From NCBI GenBank assembly GCA_035221665.1, contig CM069162.1, positions 26,846,001-26,910,000 of the forward strand: 64,000 bases of DNA. Direction: 5' to 3'. The position numbers and the translations under genes are program-made. This document shows, one piece after another, positions 48,593-60,650 of the stretch. Each line of letters starts with the position of its first letter. Within the stretch, counting starts at the first letter, position 1. The notes beneath the pieces were generated by a model. It was not told the DNA's origin. It made no database searches and saw only the letters and a list, made by a program, of their open reading frames with translations. Source of the stretch: Okamejei kenojei. Lineage: Eukaryota.

Positions 48593-50359
48593 CTGTAACA
48601 TCTGGCTGTCCATCGATGGGAATGTTTGCAGGAGCTGCTTTGTTGTGACATTACATTTTAAAGATACCATTAGGATTGGTTCATGTTCCCAGCTGAAAAA
48701 AGTTGTATTATCTTCCACTGTCATGTTAAAGTTTTCTCCATCGTTATTTCCCTCTCCTCGCCAAGGAGTGGAATTCTCAGAATAATCTGAATTTTGATTC
48801 ATTTCCACTGCTCTGTTTTCAACCGCTATTGTCCCCAGATCAGGTATTTCTTCCCCCTGTACCGTGGTGCAGAAATTTCCCTGAGTTGAATTGTTCTCAC
48901 ACGGTGCCAGGGAGAGACCTCCATAAACTGGGCATTGGACAGACTCCTGTTTCCGCAAATCATTCGTAGTTCTCTGGTGTTTGGTGTAAATATTACTAAT
49001 GATGCCAGGGTAACGGGGTTGAACGCAATGTTTCAGGCTGGAGTCCACAGACTTTTCTGATAACATTTTCCCATTTTCCACATCATTTGAAAACGCATCT
49101 TCAGTATCTGATTTTTTTCCTTCTTCTAGCATTCTTTGATTAATCTCCACTTCTATCACAGAGTCAGACAAGTCTATTGACTTTGTTGGAATATAACACG
49201 AAATGCCTGCACATGTTCGATGCAAAGCACAAGGGTGATGCAAGTCTTTTATGTCCTTTTGGGAAAATGTTAGTGTGCCAGTCATTTCCTGGGTCTTCCT
49301 ATCAGAGGCAATAACATTTGAGGTTTTGTGATAGTCACCTACAGAAACCTCTGATTCAGAAATTATCATACTACTGTCAGCAATCTCATGTCTGTCATAA
49401 ATGCAAGTTAGCCCAGGAGGGCACAACCAACTCTTGGTGTTTGAACAAAGTTTAGGCACATGCAACACAGGATGTGAACATTTATCATTCAGAAGACAAT
49501 CGTAGTCCGGTGTCTTTGATATATCTTGGATTTTTGTTTTATTTTGATACATTTTTACTGAACATTCCTCTCTTTCATTACCAAGAGGAAAGTGTAAATA
49601 GTTTAAAGGGTGGTGGGCCAAATTAATGTGTGCTGCTTTGCTTGAAATGTGTCTTGCATTATAGTCACTATCACTGAGGCTGATTATTGAGCAATGCAGA
49701 CTTGCAGATGTTTGGGATGATTTAAAAACAGAGCGTTGTGCGTTGGATTGCCCATTTATCAATGATTGGCTGCCGTTATTTGGAGAATCAAAATTCAGTG
49801 AATCATAATGATTCTCAAAGACTTGCGAGAGATTTGTACCACAAACATCCTGACTGCTTAACCTTGTTGGAGGCAAATTCTCATCCCCATGAAAGTATTT
49901 TTTCTGCTTCCTGTGGGTTTCTTTCTTAATCTCAGCAGATCCCTTACTCCGATTAATGTTTATATTTCTCTCAGAATCCTGTGAATATGATCCCCACTCT
50001 GTTGGTAAAACTTTGGATTCCACGAGCGACATAGAGTTTGTATTGCCTCTGTCCCTCATGGAGTTTTCAAAGTTAGGCTTCTGTCTGAAGAGTTCTACAT
50101 TGGATTGCTGTCCACCGTGTGAAACTGTTGCTGGTAGTGGAAACACCGCTGGCTGCCCATAGCTCTGAGAAGCACAGGTCAAGTTGGTTTGTACCAATCG
50201 CTGGTTGCGTATGTCCTTGTTGAAGGCCATCGTTTTTGCATTGTGTCTTGTATTGCTCTCGAACCAGGCTTGCGTAGTATTCTGTCTGAACTTGCCAGAA
50301 CAAGCCAAGCTTGGATGTGGGCCATAATATAATCCATCATTCTCTGTACAAACTTTCAT
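48593..50359 (-). CDS. C1orf167: C1orf167-like large first coding exon (acceptor at 50388; 589 codons from ATG 50359)
   Basis: 1.8-kb stop-free ORF, Ser/Asn/Gln-rich, ending MLQ|GTAAG; identity rests on synteny between AGTRAP and MTHFR and on the downstream exons. Confidence 0.8.
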
Positions 50360-52099
50360 CTTCAGATTCTCCTGAATTTTTCTGGAATCTAGAAAACACC
50401 AAAAGGTTTGAAAATGCTGAATCACAAGGGTGAGAAAGAACAACTGAAAGTGTTGAGTATGAAAGCTCTTTATTTTAAGCAATATTTAATATTAAAAGGA
50501 CAATCATCGAATACTGAGCATGTGGATAAAAGAGTTCTGGAAGATGCTTAATGTGCTTTTTGTTTAGAGACACAAGAAACTGCAGATGCTGAAATCATGA
50601 GCAAAACATTAAGTTTTAACTTGAGTTAACATGAACTCAGCTGGCCAGGCAGCATCTGTGAAGGGAATGAATAGATAATGTTTCAGGTTGGGACCCTTCT
50701 TGAGTTTGGGGACCACAACTTGTAATGTTGCCGGTCCACTCCCTCCACAGATGCTGTCTGGCCTGCTGAGTTCCTCTAGCACTTTGTGTTATTTGTTTAC
50801 ATACTTTTCACTCAAATGGATTAGAAACAGGACTATATTCAAATTCAGAGGAACAGTGCAGTAATCACAGCAAGACACCGAAGAACTCATGTACAAATTA
50901 CTGGTGAATTTTTGGGAAATAATTTTTCATAGTTCAGTAAAGTGTACAAAATTAATCAGATGCAGTTCATGAATAATGTGCTCACTACAAACAAGGCGAT
51001 GACCGAAGCTCTAATCCTAATTCTACTGAGTGCTTTCGTCAAGATTCCCACTAATGTATTCTCAAAGTGTGAAATGTGCTGGAGCACAAGTTTCAATGAT
51101 CAAGGAGATGCACAGAACTGCAGCCCACTGATGGAATCTTGAGCAAAACACACGTGTTCTGGAAGAACTCAGCAGGTCAGGCAGCATCTGTGGAGGGAAT
51201 GAATAGGCAATGTTTCAGGTCGGAAACATTCATTTTTCACCCAATGCCTGTTCTTCATCTGGTGAATCTTGAAGCATAACTGTCCTCAAGGAACTCAAAT
51301 AAAAACATTAGAAACAATTGTCTACAACTCAAATGACAAACTTTCAGCAAGGGGCATTTTGTCAACAGCAGGACCCAACATTTATTTCTCTCTCCGCTTA
51401 GGCAACTTCAATCAATTATGTAACAACACTGATCAGGGACCATTTGATTTGAATGTCTCAGTATTTAAGAAGTTTTCCTTCTCTCTGACAACCAGCATTG
51501 ATAACCAGCTTAATCCCCCCCACCCACTATAATCAGTCTGAAGAAGGGTGCAAACCGACGTGCCGCCTGAGCATTCCCTTCACAGATGTTGCCTGACCTG
51601 CTGAGTTACTCCGTCACTTTGCAACAATTCCATCATTTGCAGTTCCTTGTGTACTCAGTCACTGAAACAGCAATATTTTTAAATAACCTTCCAGAATAAC
51701 TCCTCCATATGGGAATAATTTGCAAATTTCTTAACACCTTCCCTCATGTGCCCAACTTCCAGACTTATCTCCTTTTATGAATCCCTGTGCAAATTAATTG
51801 GATCGAGCATACTCTCAGATATAAACACATGTCACAGGGCTTCCTTTTATTAATTATCATCGCACCATTTAGTACTTTATATGTTCACCATGGTTCTTTA
51901 TCAACTCTTTGACATGCCTTGATATGGAATCAAAATATTCTGGCAGTTTCCAAGGAGTTTTTCAACTCAATACCACAGCTGAATTATGGCCTCGATGAGG
52001 ATCTGTCTCATGGTACAGTCTTTCCTTTCAGTCTCTCCTTGATGACAAATTCTCAATCGGATTCAGGTTTGGCGAGTTGCCAGGCCAGTCCAAGGTATG

Positions 52100-52745
52100 A
52101 TATGATACGATAGAACTTTATTTATCCCAGGAGGGAAATTGATCTGACAAGTCATAAAACACAAAATACATGAAACATGAAATTAAAGTAATTAAAGTAA
52201 TACATGAAACATGAAATTAAAGGGGATGTGCAAAAATTGGGGTGGGGGGGGGGGGAGTCAGTCTACCCCACGACAGAAGGGGGATGAGTTGTACAGTTTG
52301 ATAGCCACAGGGAAGAAGAATCTCTTGTGGCGTTCAGTACTGCATCTTGGTGGAACCAGCCTGTTGCTGAAGGTACTCCTCAGGTTGACCAGTGTGTCAT
52401 GGAGGGGGTGAGCTGTATTGCCCAAGATGCTCCACAGTTTGAGGAGCATCCTCGCCTCCAAGACCACTTCCCATGAATCCAACTCCGCCCCCAGGGCCGA
52501 ACCAGCCTTCTTGATGACATTGTTAATCCTATTGGTATCCACAGCCTTTGCCTTGCTGCCCGAGCACACGACAGTGAAGAAGATGGCGCTGGTTTCCACC
52601 GATTGATAGAACATCTGCAGTATCTTACTGCAGACTTTGAAGAAGCGGAGCCTTCTAAAAAATTACAGCCGGCTCTGTCCCTTCTTGTACAGGGCCTCAG
52701 CGTTCCTGGACCAGTCCAGTTTACTGTCCAGGTACACTCCAAGAT
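52100..52745 (-). mobile_element. Rex1/Babar-type LINE 3' fragment
   Basis: YLDSKLDWSRNAEALYKKGQSRL-like, then HPLHDTL...STFSNRLVPPRCSTERHKRFFFPVAIKLYN. Confidence 0.85.
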
Positions 52746-53019
52746 ACGTATTCCCTTTCAGCTGGAAAGATAGGGTCACCATCTTTAATGTGTCACACAG
52801 TGCAAGGTCTTACTGGAATATCTCAGAACCATCTGTAAAAAGTCTGCGCCATGTCCAGCACCACTCTTTTCCACAATAGATCAATATATTGCAGCAATCT
52901 CATCATTCTGTCAAATGGCTGCAGTAAACTAACACTGTAGAAAGGCTGAACAACCCCAGAACATCTTTTCAGGATGTTTGATGAACTGGACGATGTGGCA
53001 TTTTCTCACCAACTCGCCG

Positions 53020-53275
53020 AAAGATTGCCTGTCCTTCTCAGATCAACTTTACTTTCCAGAATCAGCAAGGGCTTATCGCTCGGAGTGGTCTTCCTTTGTG
53101 GCCACACCTGTCCATCTCCTTGGGCGATAGCCGTCTGGGTTTGGAACCTTGTTTGACAATCCTGGACACAGAAGCTTTGCTCACCCCTACCAACTTTGCG
53201 ATCTCTCGCTGTGACTTTGAGTAATGTTCAGACAAGGTTATGATCTTTGTTCACCTCCGTGGAGTGCTATCTATT
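53020..53275 (-). mobile_element. Decayed Tc1-type transposase N-terminus
   Basis: STPRR*TKIITLSEHYSKSQREIAKLVGVSKASVSRIVKQ (HTH), then after a frameshift RCGHKRKTTPSDKPLLILESKVDLRRT (GRPRKTT-type linker). Confidence 0.7.
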
Positions 53276-55126
53276 TTGTAAATTGTTTGATATCTTTTTT
53301 GGGGAATTGCTTGATGGGTAGATTATGATAATGGGTAAAATGATGATAAATCACTGGAAATGAATACCAGAAGAATGAAAAATGACCAGAACTTCTTCAG
53401 AGAGATTTATAGTGGTTTCAGAAAAATATAAGAACAAATGGTGGTCAGAGAATCCCATTATATAAATAACAGCAAAATCAGCCTGTGATTCAATTAATTT
53501 ACACAAGAATGTAATGACCCAAAATGGCAGATATTATAGACAATGTAGACAATAGGTGCACAAGTAGGCCATTCGAGCCAGCACCACCATTCAATGTGAT
53601 CATGGCTGATCATCCACAGTCAGTACACCGTTCCATTCTGAAAACATTCTAAAAATAATCATATTGGAGCACTTCCTATTTTGTGAGAAAATATTAGCGC
53701 ATAATTATTTACATGCTTTTTAATGAAACATGAGTATGCATACATTTCTAGAACCAGCTTGAGGACCTGAGCTATGGGAAGAGGTTGGGCAGGCTAGAAT
53801 TGGAAATTGAGGGGTAATCGTATTGATGTGTATAAAATAATAATAAGAATAGATAGTCTTTTTCCCAGGGTAGGGGAATCAAGAACTAGGGAGGCAGAGA
53901 TTTAAGGTGAGAAGCAAAATATTTAATAGGAACCTTTGGAGCAACCTTTTCATAAAGGATGGTGCGTATACTTGAGACAAGTACAATAACAATATTTAAA
54001 AGACATTTGTAGTTAAATAGATTAAAAAAAAGGTTTAGAAGGATATGGGTCAAGAGTGGGTAACTCGGACCAGCTTGGATGGGGTATCTTGGTTGGCATG
54101 GACGAATTGGAACGATTGGCCTGTTTGCGTGCTGCGTAACTCTATGACTCTAAATGTCATCCCACTCCTCAGCAACTGTGAGTTTCAGTTATTTACTTCC
54201 TCAGATTCCAATAGAGTTTGAAGGCACTGGAAAATTGAAAAAACGATGAAGAAATGCCATCAGCACTGAGGTCCCAATATGCAATCAGAGATTTCTTACT
54301 CTAGGCTAAACTGCTTTACATGGTTTGCAATTCGCTATATATAAAAACAATGACATTGAAGAACAATGTTCTTTTCATGAATTAATAACGTCTTGTTCCT
54401 CCAACTAACTGTGTATTGTGTCTCCACAGTGCATGCACAAACATTGTAAAACTGAGCTTCACATTCTTCCAACTGCAAATAATCAAATTACAGTAGACAA
54501 ATGGGGTGGGGGATCATGATAATTTAAGATATTTAAAATAATCTAAGAAAGCCACACAAAGTAGATAATTGGAAAATCTCTTTCATGCCTAATAATTTAG
54601 GCTACAGTATATTGTAGAACAGTTACGTACAGTACATTGCAGCTCAGGTGTTTCTTCAGCACCATTGGTTGGAGATCGTTTTGTTTGAAAGAAACACAAA
54701 TAATTCTTTGCAATGGAACATTAAAACAAAAGTCTTGAATTGCTCTTACTGAACAGAACAACTCCTTTCTCAATTATTATATGCCTTCACCTAAAGTTTT
54801 AAGCGGATGACACAGACATTCAGTGAATTGGGACAAAGGTTCATGCACTCTGTTTAAGCACAAAACAATGTTTGGCCTTTCCCTCATTAACGACCTAGTG
54901 ACCACAGCTTACTTTATCTACCAATCAGACAAATGTTAATAAATCATGCTCTCCATCTCAAAATAAGGAACTGCTCAGTCATTTAACTGTCCCTGTGTAG
55001 CTCAAGAAGGGGCTAAGTGTAAGACATCATTCATCGTTTGCTTTCCGATACCCTCCTCAGCCCCCTTCATTCATTGCCTCTCTCATTGAATTCTCTACCT
55101 GTCAATCCATGCCATCTTCCTCTCTG

Positions 55127-55307
55127 CCAATCCTTCCTCCAAGACTACTCCCAATCCTTCCTCCAAAACCAATCCCAACCTTTTCTTCAAACCCAATCCA
55201 AATCTCTTCCTCAAAACCAATCCCTTCTCCAAAACCAATCCCAATCTCTTCTCCAAAACCAATCCCAATCTCTTCTCCAAAACCAATCCCAATCTCTTCT
55301 CCAATAC
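55127..55307. repeat. 24-bp minisatellite (CAATCTCTTCTCCAAAACCAATCC), about 7-8 copies
   Basis: Direct tandem copies, decaying towards the left. Confidence 0.9.
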
Positions 55308-55510
55308 CTATTTCAAGCCCTTCCTCTTGGACCCACCTCGCCCTTCAGCAGCCGTTGGACTGGCCACGTGAGTGTCGGCCGAGTGCGCGCGCGGTGGGCG
55401 GGAGGGTTTCCGCAGAGTCCCCCAGGAGTCGAGTGGCGGGAAGTCGGTCGGCTGTCCGGCGCAAAAATCATAGAGCTTCGCACCGCTCTATCTTCTTTAG
55501 TCCGGCGACG
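55308..55510 (-). promoter_or_regulatory. CpG-rich promoter and probable non-coding exon 1 of the C1orf167-like gene
   Basis: E-box CACGTG 55365-55370, GCGCGCGC, GGGCGGG, CGGGAAGT; minus-strand donor TAG|GTATTG at 55308/55307. Confidence 0.5.
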
Positions 55511-56699
55511 CCATAAGGAGTCTGAAGAAGGGTCCCGGCCAGAAACGTCAACTTTCCATTTTCCCCAGAGATGCGGGCTGACCCGCCGAGTTACTCCTCC
55601 AGCACTTTGTGTCTAACCATGGGATGTGCCATCGGTCGGTGGCTCGACAGAAGAATTGCTTGGTTCAACCGAAGGATCGACAATTTCGGCAGCTTTGGGA
55701 GACAGGAGTGGAATTAGGTAATGTAGTCATTTAATCATCTGCCTTCTGCTCATAATGTCGTGTTCACTAGGTAATGCCAGAACAATAAAACAGCTTGAAC
55801 TTCATGATGCATGATACCGCATTGAACGATATAAATATAATTTATTCTGTTATGAGTAACAAGAAATAGCTCTTAAAAGCTGGAAAGTAAACAGTTGATA
55901 TGGGATGTCTCAGATTCGTCACAGGCCCCGTGGTTTCCACATATCTGCTCCAATAAACAGCTTTGCTGTGGAGAAATGCCATCAAGGAGAGAGCAGATAG
56001 ACTCAACTCACTGTCCCCTCACAACCTCAAGCCACACTGTACATGATCAGGGAGGGAATTGATGCAGAACTGGACATCAACCAAGTAACCAAATAATCTC
56101 AATTGTGTCCCTGGGGCCTTTTCTCCAAATAATGTTGTTAGCTAATGATAGATTATAATACAAACTGTCCTCCGTCAGTACAGCATGGGAAAGTTCTAAT
56201 TCAATTATTGAGGCCACACTGGTTTACAACTCCAAAGTGAATATCCTTTATTGTTCTCCAGCCTGTGAGACCCGCTCTCTTACAACTCTCAAAGGGCTGA
56301 AAAAGAACAGGCATTATTAATAATGAAATGAACTATGTACCACACACACATAGAGTAATCTGAATGGCATCTACCAGTTCAGCCATCAAAGTTGATCTAC
56401 TACCGAAAATCTTTGTTGTTGACTTGTATCTCTGTACATTTATTTCTGAAATAACTAATTTCATGATCCCTGCGTTTCTTTAACTTGGGACAATGCCTCA
56501 AATTTCAAAAAGTTCCCATCTTTGGTAATGAATATCTGCATAGCCATAACCCTCCTTAACACTGTAACCTTTTGCAGTCATAGAAATTGAATTATTTTAT
56601 TCTAGCCTAATAAATAACTCCAGTTTTAATCACTTTAATAACTCACAAGCTGCTGGTCCAATTACATGGATTACACTATTGAGTGCTCTGGACAGTTAG

Positions 56700-59185
56700 T
56701 TACCAACTGGTGGCAGGGGAATGTCTAACCTTGCAGAAGATCGCACTTACAGTGAATGCAATGCCAGAAAATTCCGTGTAGACCACCATTGTGCACAGAA
56801 ACCTGCAAGTAAGGCTGAAGTGGAAGGGACTATTACCCCTTCCTCTCCCTATCATCCTATATGTTAATGTACAGTTCCAAGAAAGTAAGGTTGAGAATTT
56901 AAGGCCCAGGCTGCTTTATCAAAGAGAGATGAGGGAATGCTGCGTGCTCTGTTTCGCAGAGACATGGCTCAGCCCCCTGCTCTCCAGACTCAGCCCTCCA
57001 GCCTGAAGGTGTCTCATGGTTAATATCGTATGCCAATGCATTTCTTATCATAGCTGGGGACTAACAAGGCCAGTACCAGTGGATGAAACACCCTCGACCG
57101 CTGCTATTCCACCATCAAAGATTCCTACTGCTCCATCCCTTGCCGTTACTTTGGGAAATCCAATCACCTGGCTGTGCTCCTTCTTCCTGTGTATAGGCAG
57201 CAACTGAAGAACACAGCTCCAGCAGTGAGGACTGCATAGAGCTGGTCAAGGGAGGCAGAGTAGCGATTCCAGGATTTTTTGGAGTCATGACTAGGCGATG
57301 TTCAACGGACCTGAACAAATAAGCCACAGTTGTTATCGACTTCATAAGGAAATGTGTGGAGGAGTGCGTTCCCACCAAAACCATCCAAGTCTTCCACATT
57401 CCGAAACCTTTGATAGTCATGGTCATACAGCGTGGAAACAGGCCCTTCGGCCCAACCACCAGCATGTCATCCATCATAAGGTCTTAAGTGATAGCAGCAT
57501 GATTTTCGGCCCATCAAGTCTACTCCGCCATTCAATCATGACTAATCTATCTCTCCCTCCTAACCTCATTCTCATGCCTTCTCCCCATAACCCCTGACAT
57601 CCCTGTGCCATCTACACTAGTACCCCACCTGCCTATGTTTGGCCCGTTTCCCTCTAAATCTATCCTATCCATGTATCTGTCCAAATGTTTCTTAAACGTT
57701 GCAATAGTACCTGATGAACCAGGAGGTCCGCAATCTTCTGAGGACCAGATCTTAGGCATTGAAGTTGGGTGACGCAGATTCATACAAGAAGTCCAGGTTT
57801 GACCTCGATAAGGACATTGAAAAAAGCCAAACTTCCTGAACTTCCTCATCAACAGACCATAATCGATTCAAATTGGTTAGAACACTGCCTCCTTGATAGT
57901 CATCAGCACTGGGGCACCTCAAGACTGTGTGTTCATTCCCCTGGTCTACCCACTCTATACCCATGACTGTGTAGCTGGAAGCCGTTCCAACTCCATCTTT
58001 AAATTTGCCAACAACACTACTTGTTGGACAAATTATGGGGAATGATAAGTCATAGTGCAGGAGGAAGATTGATCATTTGATTGAAATCGATCATCTGATT
58101 GAATGGTGTTAGTACAACAACCTTGCTCTCAATGTCATTAAGTCCAAGGAGCTGTTAAGAGTTTAGAACAGGAAGGACAAAAGTAAACAAACCTGTCTTT
58201 ATCGATGGGTCAGTGGTGGAGGAGTAAACAAGTTCATGTTCCTGAGTGTGCATACCTCTAAAGATCGGTCCTAGACCCAATACATTGATGCAATCACGAA
58301 GAAAGGCCATCAACTCCTCTACATCTTTGGAAGATTGAGGAGATTTGGTATGTTGACAAATTCTCTCTTGAACTTCTACAGGTATACGGAGGAGAGCGTA
58401 TTGACTGGTTGCATCACAGCCTGTTCGGCAACTCGAACGTCCAGGGACGAAAGAGATTACAAAAAGTGGTGGACACTGCCTCTGACAACCCCACCATCAA
58501 AGGGATCCATATGTGCGCTGCCTCAACAAGGCAGCCAGCATCATCAAGAACCCACACCACCCTGGCCACAATCTCATTTCATTCCTGCCAACAGGAAGGT
58601 ATAGTCTGAAAACCGTTATCTCCATCGGCATAATGGCATAGCGGTAGAGCTACTGCCTTACAGCGTCAGAGGCCTAGGTTCAATCCTGCCTATGGGGTTT
58701 GTACGTTCTCTCCATGACCTGCATGCTGATATCTTTGGTTTCTTCCCATACTCCAAAGACGTACAGGTTTGTAGATTAATTGGTTTGGTATAAATGTAAA
58801 ATTGTCCCTTGTGTGTGTAGAGGATCTATTAGCGTGTAGGGTCGTTAGTCAGTGTGGACTCGACGGGGCCAGTTTCCGTGCTGTATCTTTATACTTTAAA
58901 AAAACTAAACTCCAAGTTCAGGAACCGTTTCTTCCCAACTGCTAATAGGCTGTTGAACACTACAAACAGCAGCTAAACCTGGAACTATGAACTGTTATGG
59001 TTGCAACTGGGGACTTTTAGCTTTTGTTTTGTTCTGCATTAATGTTAGATTTTTTTAATTCATTACACTTTTTTTGTTTTATGTTATCTATTGAGTACTG
59101 TGTTCACATACTTTTTATGCTGCTGTAGGAAATAATTTCATTCTTCCATTGTGGTACATATGGCAATTAAACATTCTTGACTTTT
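56700..59185 (+). mobile_element. Fragmented Rex1 LINE (APE to RT to tail) with nested SINE/CR1 insertions
   Basis: NVQFQESKVENLRPRLLYQREMRECCVLCFAETWL (APE), LYTHDCVA, IFKFANN; V-SINE nested at ~58627-58910. Confidence 0.75.
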
Positions 59186-60523
59186 CTGAATGATGGCTGA
59201 ATCCGCAATTGCTCGGCACCAAAGATTTAAAATTGCCCATCTAAACATCCCCTTCTTCCTTTAAAATGTTAATTATCACTTACCTCTTTCAGCAAGCTTT
59301 TGTTCATCTGTCCTGTAGCTCAGTGTTAACATTCTTTAGTACTCAATGGTGCATGACAGTACATTAAATTATATAAATACAATTTATTATTGTTATTAGT
59401 AACAAGAAATAGCTATTAAAAGCTGTAAATTAACTGACATAGGATGTCTTAGATTTGTCACACGTCCAGTGGCTTCAACATATATGTTGTCTTTAATTCT
59501 GGTGCACAGAACTATACTGGGAGAGAGAAAATTGTTTTAAAAGGCTTTATGTACAGACTGGATAGAGAGGTGGGCGAGGAAAAATGTAGCCCTTTACAAA
59601 GCAATGCGGCAACTCAGTAAAAGTCTTGGGTCAGAAATAGATGCAATAAATTCTGTTACTATTACCAGTGTGCAAACTGATTTCTTAAAACAAAAATCCC
59701 TGGAGTCCCTAAATCTCTAATTGGAAAAGTTTGCTGCTTGGTTGCCTTTTCATTGAGCTGCATCTGGTTTTCTGGTGGTAGGTTGATGTGTGCAGAATTG
59801 ATACTAGAATACGGTTCCTTCCTCCTCCTACTGAAACTTTTCAGATAATTATAAGTTCCACATCCAAATAAATGTTTAGGGTGATTGATGGGCTGCAATT
59901 AAGTCTTGTCCTGGATGTCATTAAGCTGCAAAAGTGTTATTGAAGCTAAACTCGTCTAGGCAATTGAGGATATTCCATCACTTTCCTGACTGTGACTTGC
60001 TGATGGTGAAAAGGCTTGTAGATTTCTGAATCTGCAAGATATTCAGCATGACCTGTGCTCTTAGGCATTGTATGTGCCTATTTCAGTTAGGTTTCTGGTC
60101 AATGATGATGCCCAAGATGCTAATATTGGGGTACTCAGCAAAGCTGATACTATTGAATGTCAAGGATGGGTGGCTGAATGTGTTAGGAGCAGGAGTCTGC
60201 TGTGACCTTCTTGAGCTCTGCCATTTAATTTCTCAAAGCTGTCCACAGTAACCTTTCACATCTTTGCTTATCAATAACCCATCTAGCTGTACCATGAGAC
60301 TAATCTAAAGGCTTACTATCCTGGGATTGCGATAAATAATATCTAATAACCACAATCATCCAAATATTGTAATTTTTACCCCTTGATTACTGATAAAGTT
60401 CACTACTTAAAACAGACAACAACACAAAGAGTTAAAGGTAAACCAAGCCAAGCTTTACTCAATTTGTCGACAGGGGTGGCGGGGACCAGTACAGAGAGTA
60501 TACCAATTCACTCAGTACTTGCC

Positions 60524-60650
60524 AGGGTGGGTGATTGCAACCTTGGCTTGGTCCGCCCCGTTTTGACTAATGCAATCAACCTGGTGTGCAATCAAATAGA
60601 ACAAGTTGCCCTCCAACGTTCGGCTGTGCACGCCCTACCCAAGAAGAAGA
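60524..60650 (+). mobile_element. Second copy of the ribozyme-headed short retroposon
   Basis: TSD AGTACTTGCC (60514-60523) / AGTACTCGCC (60651-60660); same 5' start and (GAA)n tail as 5196-5334. Confidence 0.85.

Noticed and set aside
55470-55491. Hairpin ATAGAGC-TTCGCACC-GCTCTAT as a snRNA/tRNA gene
   Set aside because: Only a 7-bp stem, with no match to snRNA or tRNA sequences I know; it may be a collapsed MITE end.
55038-55616. 192-aa QNQSQSLL-repeat ORF
   Set aside because: Translation of a minisatellite, promoter and Penelope fragment; no ATG start.
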